Source: an uncultured Thermodesulfobacteriota bacterium
Lineage (GTDB): Bacteria > Desulfobacterota > WTBG01 > CAIYCZ01 > CAIRTM01
DNA length: 64,000 nt
Assembly: GCA_964621615.1 (NCBI GenBank)
Contig: CAZUMW010000009.1
Coordinates: 24,802-88,801 of the forward strand
Reading direction: 5' to 3'
The notes beneath the pieces were generated by a model, which saw nothing but the letters and a program-made list of their open reading frames with translations, was not told the origin of the DNA and searched no databases. Below, in pieces: positions 56,658 through 64,000 of the stretch (its first letter is position 1; every line of letters begins with the position of its first letter). The translations under genes and the position numbers were made by a program.

Positions 56658-59237
56658 ATGCGATTCGACAAACTTACTATAAAATCACAGGAAGCGCTTA
56701 GCGAGTGCCAGCAGCTGGCTGAGCGATACGCGCATCAGCAGATAGAGCCCGAGCACCTGCTCGCTGCGGTCATTTCCCAGCAGGGGAGCGTTGCGGGAGC
56801 GATCGTCAAAAAATGCGGAGCAGACACTCAATCGGTACTCTCGGAGGTTTATCAGAAGCTTGAGAAATATCCCCGGGTAAGCGGGTCAGGGATTGACCAG
56901 ATATACATGTCGCCTGCAACGAAGAAAGTTCTTGATGCCGGTTTCAAGGAAGCGCGCGGAATGAACGATGAGTATGTAAGCGTTGAGCATCTGCTGCTCG
57001 CTCTCAGCAGCGCCAGGGACACCGGAGCAGCATCAATACTGCAGTCATCAGGCGTGACCCATGATCTTATATTAAAGGCCTTAACTGAAATCCGCGGGGC
57101 GCAGCGGGTCACCGACCAGAATCCGGAAGAAAAATATCAGGCGCTTGAGCAGTATGCGCGCGATATGACGGAGCAGGCGCGAAGCGGGAAGCTTGACCCT
57201 GTTATCGGCAGAGATACCGAGATCAGGCGTGTCATCCAGGTTCTTTCCCGGCGCACAAAAAACAATCCCGTGCTTCTGGGTGAGCCGGGCGTCGGAAAGA
57301 CAGCCATCGTGGAGGGGCTGGCAAAAAGAATAATTGACGGCGATGTTCCCGAGGGGCTGAAGGAGAAGCGCATCGTCAGCCTTGACATGGGCTCCCTTCT
57401 CGCCGGGGCAAAATACCGTGGCGAGTTCGAGGACCGCCTGAAGGCGGTGCTCAAAGAGGTACAGGAAGGGCAGGGGCAGATCATCATGTTTATCGACGAG
57501 CTGCACACTGTTGTGGGAGCAGGCGCCGCCGAAGGTGCGGTTGATGCATCGAACATGCTCAAGCCTGCCCTTGCGCGCGGAGAGCTGCGATGCATCGGCG
57601 CTACCACGCTTAAGGAGTACAGAAAAAATATTGAAAAAGATGCGGCGCTTGAGCGCCGGTTTCAGCCCGTTTTTGTCCAGGAGCCCGATGTCGAAGACAC
57701 GATTTCAATCCTTCGCGGGCTGAAGGAGCGCTATGAAGTTCATCACGGGGTGCGAATCCTTGACTCGGCTATTGTGTCTGCGGCAACGCTTTCCAACAGA
57801 TACATAACCGACAGGTTTCTGCCCGATAAGGCCGTTGACCTGATCGACGAGGCGGCTTCGGCGCTGCGCATGGAGATCGACAGCCTCCCGGCTGAGATCG
57901 ATGAGATACAGCGCAGGCTTACGCAGGCTGAAATTGAGCGCGAGGCGCTTAAAAAGGAGGATGATCCGGCATCACGGGAGCGGCTTGCAAAGCTCGACAG
58001 CGAAATCGAGGAACTCAGAGAGAACTGTGATGAAAAGAAGCGGGTATGGGAGGAGGAAAAAAGCAATCTTCTGAAAATTCAGCATCTCAAAGAGCGCATC
58101 GAACAGGCCAGGAACGAAGAGCAGGCAGCTGAGCGGTCGGGCAATTATGAGCGTGTGGCAGAAATACGGTACGGTGTTATCGGTGAGCTCGAGAAACAGC
58201 TTCAGGATGAAAATGAGCGCCTTGAGCAGATACAAAAGGAAGACAAGATGCTCAAAGAGGAAGTTGATGCTGAAGATATTGCACAGATTGTTTCCAAGTG
58301 GACCGGCATTCCGGTGTCGCGAATGATGGAGGGCGAAATTGAAAAGCTGGTTCACATGGAAGAGCGCATAAAGCAGCGCGTTGTCGGGCAGGATGAGGCT
58401 GTTGAGACGGTATCAAATGCTGTCCGCCGCGCCCGCTCCGGGCTGCAGGATCCAAACAGGCCGCTGGGCTCGTTTATATTTCTCGGGCCGACCGGCGTCG
58501 GCAAAACAGAGCTCGCGCGCGCTCTTGCCTCGTTTCTGTTTGACGATGAGCAGGCCATGGTGCGCATGGACATGTCAGAGTTCATGGAAAAGCACTCGGT
58601 TGCCAGGCTCATCGGAGCCCCTCCGGGGTACGTAGGCTATGAGGAGGGGGGCTATCTTACTGAGGCGATACGGCGCAGGCCGTATGCTGTCATATTGTTT
58701 GATGAGATCGAAAAAGCGCATGCCGATGTGTTCAATATTCTTCTGCAGATCATGGATGACGGCCGGCTGACAGACGGGCAGGGGCGCACCGTTGATTTCA
58801 AGAATACGATTATCATCATGACCTCGAACCTCGGCAGCCAGGTCATGCTTGAAATACAGGACCAGAAGCGCACCGAGCGGGTTATGGAGATTCTGCGGCA
58901 GGCTTTTAAGCCGGAATTCTTAAACCGGGTGGATGAGGTTGTTCTGTTTAATAATCTTGGCCGCGATGAGCTTAAGCAGATTGTGGATATTCAGCTTGCG
59001 CTTCTGCGGGCACGCCTTGCCGAAAAGGATATCAGCCTGAACCTCACGGACAAAGCGCTTGACTTTATTGTCGGCCACGGCTACGACCCCGTATACGGCG
59101 CACGGCCGCTGAAGCGGGCTATTCAGCGGCATATTCAGGATCCGCTTGCCATGCTTATTCTTGAGGGCAGGTACAGGGACGGGGGAGAGGTAACGGTCGA
59201 TGTAGACGCTTCAGGAGACAGGCTGGAGTTTGCGTAA
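56658..59237 (+). CDS. clpB: ATP-dependent chaperone ClpB
   Basis: Two AAA+ modules ([16 protein letters not shown]), middle coiled coil, YGARPLKR. Confidence 0.98.
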   Translation: MRFDKLTIKSQEALSECQQLAERYAHQQIEPEHLLAAVISQQGSVAGAIVKKCGADTQSVLSEVYQKLEKYPRVSGSGIDQIYMSPATKKVLDAGFKEARGMNDEYVSVEHLLLALSSARDTGAASILQSSGVTHDLILKALTEIRGAQRVTDQNPEEKYQALEQYARDMTEQARSGKLDPVIGRDTEIRRVIQVLSRRTKNNPVLLGEPGVGKTAIVEGLAKRIIDGDVPEGLKEKRIVSLDMGSLLAGAKYRGEFEDRLKAVLKEVQEGQGQIIMFIDELHTVVGAGAAEGAVDASNMLKPALARGELRCIGATTLKEYRKNIEKDAALERRFQPVFVQEPDVEDTISILRGLKERYEVHHGVRILDSAIVSAATLSNRYITDRFLPDKAVDLIDEAASALRMEIDSLPAEIDEIQRRLTQAEIEREALKKEDDPASRERLAKLDSEIEELRENCDEKKRVWEEEKSNLLKIQHLKERIEQARNEEQAAERSGNYERVAEIRYGVIGELEKQLQDENERLEQIQKEDKMLKEEVDAEDIAQIVSKWTGIPVSRMMEGEIEKLVHMEERIKQRVVGQDEAVETVSNAVRRARSGLQDPNRPLGSFIFLGPTGVGKTELARALASFLFDDEQAMVRMDMSEFMEKHSVARLIGAPPGYVGYEEGGYLTEAIRRRPYAVILFDEIEKAHADVFNILLQIMDDGRLTDGQGRTVDFKNTIIIMTSNLGSQVMLEIQDQKRTERVMEILRQAFKPEFLNRVDEVVLFNNLGRDELKQIVDIQLALLRARLAEKDISLNLTDKALDFIVGHGYDPVYGARPLKRAIQRHIQDPLAMLILEGRYRDGGEVTVDVDASGDRLEFA

Positions 59238-59301
59238 CGCTCACCCCGCGTACAGCGAGGGCGCCCCGGCAATTAAACGGATATGCCGGATTGTGTGAGT
59301 C

Positions 59302-59327
59302 GCCCCCGCCTGAAGGGCGGGGGCTTT
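59302..59327. terminator. Terminator hairpin between convergent clpB and glgP
   Basis: GCCCCCGCC-TGAAG-GGCGGGGGC-TTT. Confidence 0.7.
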
Positions 59328-59376
59328 CCGTTTGCAGGCAGCAGCGGGAGGCGCAGCGCGTCTGCCGGCGTGCTGC

Positions 59377-61875
59377 TTACGGAGGGTTTTCAACCAGCGG
59401 GACCTCAACGCTTTCTGCATGCCAGATTCCGGAGGCATATTGCCTGATGGTATGATCGCTGGAAAATTTACCGCACCGCGCGGCATTGAGGATGGACATT
59501 TTTGTCCATCTTTTTTTATTGCTGTACGTGCTTTCAGCCGAATCCTGGGCCGTTACATATGCATCGAAGTCTGCAAGCAGGCAGTATTCATCGCGGGTGA
59601 CGATTTCATCGTAGATCGGGCGGAACAGCCCCGGCTCGCCCGGTGAGAAAAAATCAGATGCAATCAGGTCCATGACCCGCTTCAGGAGCGCCGAGCTTTC
59701 TATAAAGTCCCGGGGGCGATAGCCGCTCTTTTTAAGCTCGATGACCTCATCGGCGTTCAGGCCGAATATGAAAATATTGTCTTCGCCGACCTCCTCGCGA
59801 ATCTCGATGTTTGCGCCGTCAAGGGTTCCCATGGTGATTGCCCCGTTCAGGGCAAGCTTCATATTGCTGGTTCCGGAAGCCTCTTTTCCGGCGGTCGAGA
59901 TCTGCTCTGACAGGTCTGCTGCGGGTATGATGCGCTCTGCAAGCGTTACGCGGTAGTTTGATAAAAAGTTTACCCGCAGATAGCGGTTTACATCCGGGTC
60001 GCTGTTAACGATGTCGGAAATATAGTTAATGAACTGTATTATAAGCTTAGCGCGGGTGTATCCCGGGGCCGCTTTTCCTCCGAAAATGCACGTGCGCGGC
60101 ACCCCCCCCGCATCCGGTGACTCCTTGAGCTGAAGGTATTTTGCAATGATAAAAAGGGCGAACAGCAGCTGGCGCTTGTATTCGTGAATGCGCTTCACCT
60201 GAACATCGATTATGGAGTCCGGGTGTATCTCGACCCACTCCTCCTTCCAAACATGCTGAGCGAGCCGGTGCTTACAGGAAAGCTTGACCTCACGCCATCG
60301 CTGCTGAAATGAGTCGTCATCGGCGAACCGCTCGAGCTCTCGGAGCTGCTCGAGGTCCCTGAGCCACCCGTCCCCGATTGCCTCGGTTATAAGGCTGGAA
60401 AGTCCGGGATTTGACACCTTTATCCAGCGGCGCGGGGTTATGCCGTTGGTCTTGTTGTTGAATTTGTCCGGCCACAGGTCGCAGAATTCTTTCAGGATGG
60501 TTGTTTTCAGCAGGTGCGTGTGCAGCTCGGCAACGCCGTTTATCGAATGGCTTCCGATCGTGGCAAGATAGGACATGCGAATGCGCTTTTCCCCTTCTTC
60601 GGAAATAATGGACATTCTGCGAAGCCGATCGCTGTCTCCGGGGTTACGCCGCGAAACATCTTTCAGAAAATTGTGGTTGATGAGGTAGATTATTTCAAGG
60701 TGGCGCGGCAGCACGCGCTCAACCAGGGAAACGGGCCACTCCTCGAGCGCTTCGGGCAGCACGGTGTGGTTTGTATAGGAAAATGTTTTTGTTGTTATAT
60801 TCCATGCCGTATTCCAGTCGAGGCCCTCTTCGTCAAGGAGCAGGCGCATAAGCTCCGGTATGGCAAGTGCGGGATGGGTGTCGTTCAGCTGTATGGCAAC
60901 CTTGTCCGGGAATGTGGAGATGTCGGCGTTGTCTTCTTTGAACCGCCGCAGTATGTCCTGCACTGAGGCTGACACAAGAAAATATTCCTGCTTGAGCCGA
61001 AGCTCCTTTCCTTCAAAAAAATTGTCATTCGGGTACAGCACCTTTGTGAGGTTTTCGCTGACCACTTTATTGCCGCAGGCAGACATGTAGTCGCCGGTGT
61101 TGAAATCGTCGAGATTGAATTCCTCAGTGGCTTTTGACGACCACAGGCGCATTGTATTGACGTTGCTTGTCATATAGCCGGGAACAGGCGTGTCATACGC
61201 CATTGCGATTACTTCCTCACCGCCGTGCCAGGCTGTTTTCGGCATTCCGAATGCGTCGGCCTTGTGGCTGACCGTGCCGCCGAAGCGCACTTTGAAATTA
61301 TATTCAGGCCGCTCGATTTCCCACGGGTTAGGCCGGGCAAGCCAGTTGTCGGGTGTTTCAATCTGCCGGCCGTCTTTAATCCGCTGGTGAAACAGGCCGT
61401 ACTCATATCGAATGCCATAGCCGTGAGCGGGGATGCCGAGCGTTGCCATTGAGTCAAGAAAGCAGGCGGCAAGGCGGCCGAGCCCTCCGTTGCCCAGCCC
61501 GGCGTCAACCTCATAGCTGCGGATCGACTCCAGGTCCATATCGATTTCCTCGAGCGCTGTGCGGCACATTTCATACAGGCCGAGGTTGATGAGGCTGTTT
61601 TCAAGCGATTTGCCGATGAGGTATTCCATGGAGAGGTAGTACACGCGCTTGGCATTTCTGTTGTGGTATGTCTGCTGCGTTGCGATCCAGCGCTCGACCA
61701 GCCGCTCAACAACCGCATAGGCGGTGCTCAGGAAAAGATCGTATCCTGTTGCCGTGTACTGGTCTTTTGCCAGCCGGTACTCAAGATTGTTCATTATCGA
61801 AGTCTTGAGCGCTTCCGGCGTGTTTTCCTTGTAGATTATGTGCCAATTGATAAGCGGTGATTTTGCCTTTGCCAT
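59377..61875 (-). CDS. glgP: Glycogen/starch phosphorylase
   Basis: GLGNGGLGRLAACF, QLNDTHP, KRIHEYKRQ, EASGTSNMK, GTLDGANIEI. Confidence 0.98.
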   Translation of the reverse strand: MAKAKSPLINWHIIYKENTPEALKTSIMNNLEYRLAKDQYTATGYDLFLSTAYAVVERLVERWIATQQTYHNRNAKRVYYLSMEYLIGKSLENSLINLGLYEMCRTALEEIDMDLESIRSYEVDAGLGNGGLGRLAACFLDSMATLGIPAHGYGIRYEYGLFHQRIKDGRQIETPDNWLARPNPWEIERPEYNFKVRFGGTVSHKADAFGMPKTAWHGGEEVIAMAYDTPVPGYMTSNVNTMRLWSSKATEEFNLDDFNTGDYMSACGNKVVSENLTKVLYPNDNFFEGKELRLKQEYFLVSASVQDILRRFKEDNADISTFPDKVAIQLNDTHPALAIPELMRLLLDEEGLDWNTAWNITTKTFSYTNHTVLPEALEEWPVSLVERVLPRHLEIIYLINHNFLKDVSRRNPGDSDRLRRMSIISEEGEKRIRMSYLATIGSHSINGVAELHTHLLKTTILKEFCDLWPDKFNNKTNGITPRRWIKVSNPGLSSLITEAIGDGWLRDLEQLRELERFADDDSFQQRWREVKLSCKHRLAQHVWKEEWVEIHPDSIIDVQVKRIHEYKRQLLFALFIIAKYLQLKESPDAGGVPRTCIFGGKAAPGYTRAKLIIQFINYISDIVNSDPDVNRYLRVNFLSNYRVTLAERIIPAADLSEQISTAGKEASGTSNMKLALNGAITMGTLDGANIEIREEVGEDNIFIFGLNADEVIELKKSGYRPRDFIESSALLKRVMDLIASDFFSPGEPGLFRPIYDEIVTRDEYCLLADFDAYVTAQDSAESTYSNKKRWTKMSILNAARCGKFSSDHTIRQYASGIWHAESVEVPLVENPP

Positions 61876-61940
61876 AGTAGCTCCGAAAAATGCGCCCCCT
61901 TACATGAGCGCTGTTTCCCTGCCCCCGGCCCCTGCGACGC

Positions 61941-63092
61941 CTACTGAGCAGTGTTTTTGGGAGGCTTGCCGGTTTTTTGCTTCCGGCTGACTGTTTTGTT
62001 TTTGCGCCCGAAGACCCGCACGTCGATGGACGGCTGCTCCTTGTCATCGGTTTCAATGATAATTTTACCCCGCAATAGAATTTTGCTGTAGCTTGCGGGC
62101 ACCGTTGCGGTGATCCGGTAGCGCTTTCCTTTTTCAACCGTTTCATAGGCGACAGAAAGCTCCTGAACCGTTGAGCGAACGCCCGTAATATGAAAGGTGG
62201 TGTCTGCCGAGGATGCTTCGAGCATAAGCTCACGGGTGTGCTCTTTGCCGGATTCGAACCGTCCGAACGACATATATGAAGGGTTTGTTTTTATGTTGCC
62301 GATAATCCACCCGTACACATACACCCGCAGCTGCTTTACTTTTTCGTGGTCGGTGTGCACGGTGACCACATCCCGGAAGCGCCCGACATCAATGCCGGGG
62401 AGCAGCGTTATTTTTATGTGCTTGTCCTTATGGCCCGGAAACCCGTTCGGGCTTGCTTCCAGCTGAATGTGTTTGTTTCGTGAGGTTACCGAGGTTATGC
62501 GGCATCGTTCGGCATCCTTGCCGCTCAGCGCCACATAGCGTGATGTGCGCTTGAGGTCTTTTTTGTTCAGCCTGCCGAAATTGATCCGGCTCGGCCGTGT
62601 CGCCAGCACCACCTTGACATCGGCGATAACGGAGAGCTGCACCACTTTGTTGTCAGGATCGTTTGTGTATACCCGGATGGTTTTTTTATGCGTGCCGCCC
62701 CGGGAGCCCACTTTGAACGTGACGTTGATTTTCCCTTCCCCGCCCGGGGGAATTTTCCTGGCCGAAGCCAGGGCTGCGGTACAGCCTCAGCCGGATTTTA
62801 CTTTCTGAATGTCAAGCTCTGCGCCCCCGCTGTTTTTGAAAGCGAAGGTGTGCTTGAGGCGCGAGTTCTGTGCGCTATCCCCGAAATCATGTACGCGCGC
62901 ATCGAATACGATGCGGGGTGCTTTGACGCTGCCGTCCTGTTTTTTCTGCTGAGCCGCGGGCTGCTCACCGGAAGCGGGCTGCTTTGCTTCCGTGCCATCT
63001 GCAGCGCGGACGATCGATGCGCATGCCGCAACAAAGACAATTGCGGCGCACGCAGCGCGCATAAATGTGGATCCATAGCCGTTTCTGTGCAT
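61941..63092 (-). CDS. DUF1573-domain exported protein with an in-frame TGA (probable selenocysteine)
   Basis: Track ORFs 62787-63134 and 61941-62711 are one frame: ..HTFAFKNSGGAELDIQKVKSG-TGA-GCTAALAS..IPPGGEGKI... The TGA sits at the first Cys of the family CGC motif. Confidence 0.87.
62757..62786 (-). promoter_or_regulatory. Candidate bacterial SECIS element
   Basis: Directly 3' of the TGA: GGCTG-TACCG-CAGCC, overlapping CCTGGC-TTCG-GCCAGG, whose G-containing loop lies 20 nt downstream of the UGA. Confidence 0.6.
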
Positions 63093-63262
63093 AAAGCGTG
63101 ACCTTTCTCTGTGCGTTTTTTTGGCTGACTGCAAAATGAGCTTGAAAACCCGTCAGCCACTGTGCTAGGTATTAAACTGCCGGTTCCGCACGATGGTTGT
63201 ACTATATATATCCACGGTACATATGAAAAGTATTTTTTCATTATACCACAAAGGAGGATAAC

Positions 63263-63706
63263 ATGAAAAAAGTTATAGTACTTCTGGTGAGCATCTTCGT
63301 TTTTCTACCCTCAGCTGCGGGCGCGCACTGCGATGCGTGCCGGGGTGCGTTTCAGATCCGGCACATTGATTGCCTGGACATGCATGCCGGCGACGGAGCG
63401 CTCACGATCACTGTGTGCCTGACCATGTCTGACGGCAGGGAGTATATCGTGCCGGTAACAGTGTACGATGATCTCCGGGCGAGGCTTGAATTTGCTTCCG
63501 GCACCACCATCGAGGCGCGCCCCGGCTCCATTGAAATATTCTCCGGAGACGGCTATCAGCAGTTCGACGACATCGACAACACTACCAGCTTCCTTGTTGC
63601 CTATGACAGCACAGAGTGTCTGATCGCGGCGGTCCTGTGCCTTACAACGGGATTCACCGGCGTTGGGCTGCTGTTTTGCTACTGGGCCTATGTGGCCTGC
63701 TTTTAG
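63263..63706 (+). CDS. Exported hypothetical protein with a Cys-rich hydrophobic C-terminus
   Basis: RBS AGGAGG, signal peptide, CDAC, tail CLIAAVLCLTTGFTGVGLLFCYWAYVACF. Confidence 0.8.
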   Translation: MKKVIVLLVSIFVFLPSAAGAHCDACRGAFQIRHIDCLDMHAGDGALTITVCLTMSDGREYIVPVTVYDDLRARLEFASGTTIEARPGSIEIFSGDGYQQFDDIDNTTSFLVAYDSTECLIAAVLCLTTGFTGVGLLFCYWAYVACF

Positions 63707-63798
63707 CCGCAGATCGATCCGTGGCGTTTGTTTGCCGCCTTTTTGACAGGTACGGAACGCCGGCGTACCATTAATGATGCTCATTGGAGGCCTTTGAC

Positions 63799-64000
63799 AT
63801 GAAATACACTGTAATTCTGACAATGATCGGCGCTGTGCTGCTTGCAGCTGCAGCTTCCTGTGACAATGCAAAAAAAAGCGGCGCCGGCACGGAAAATGTC
63901 GTTGTTGAACAGCGGGGTGATACCATAGCTGTACAAAGCAGGGACGGATCGCTGGCCATAGAGGGAAACGAGCAGAAAGCACGGATAAAAATCAAAACCC
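63799..64000 (+). CDS. Lipoprotein (5' part only)
   Basis: RBS GGAGG; MKYTVILTMIGAVLLAAAASCDNAKK.. with lipobox AASC; runs off the window. Confidence 0.75.
   Translation, partial: MKYTVILTMIGAVLLAAAASCDNAKKSGAGTENVVVEQRGDTIAVQSRDGSLAIEGNEQKARIKIKT

Noticed and set aside
62787-62789. TGA as a true stop giving two genes or a pseudogene
   Set aside because: The frame and domain continue seamlessly, the codon aligns with a conserved Cys, and a SECIS-like hairpin follows.
1-64000. tRNA, rRNA, integrase, transposase or prophage genes
   Set aside because: None recognised by eye; a tRNAscan/Infernal run would be needed to exclude small RNAs.

Overview
64 kb of GC-rich bacterial chromosome with a few AT-rich patches. 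Gene content, an in-frame TGA selenoprotein candidate and a lineage-typical C-terminal domain suggest Desulfobacterota (Deltaproteobacteria); this is inference. Housekeeping and envelope genes include pgi, recJ, clpB, glgP, an amgK/murU-like pair, a Gld-like ABC transporter, LemA/TPM, LPS kinases, glycosyltransferases and several two-component genes. I found no rRNA, tRNA, CRISPR array, integrase or transposase. The most interesting locus is 24.6-33.2 kb: an ECF sigma factor, a soluble zinc-finger anti-sigma, a membrane protein fusing class III adenylate cyclase + CHAT (caspase-like) protease + TPR + CsgG/FlgT-like domains, a lipoprotein with the same CsgG/FlgT-like tail, and a FadL-like barrel. 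It reads as a CRISPR-independent trans-envelope protease/sigma-release cascade, with recurring [TV]-R-G motifs in the linkers as candidate cleavage sites. Other highlights: a DUF1573 protein split by an in-frame TGA with a SECIS-like hairpin, a trpB2 gene with a large internal deletion, an orphan gene 3' remnant, a kinase with a zinc ribbon and repeated Thr motifs, and a dispersed palindromic repeat. All family assignments come from motif recognition by eye; no searches were run.
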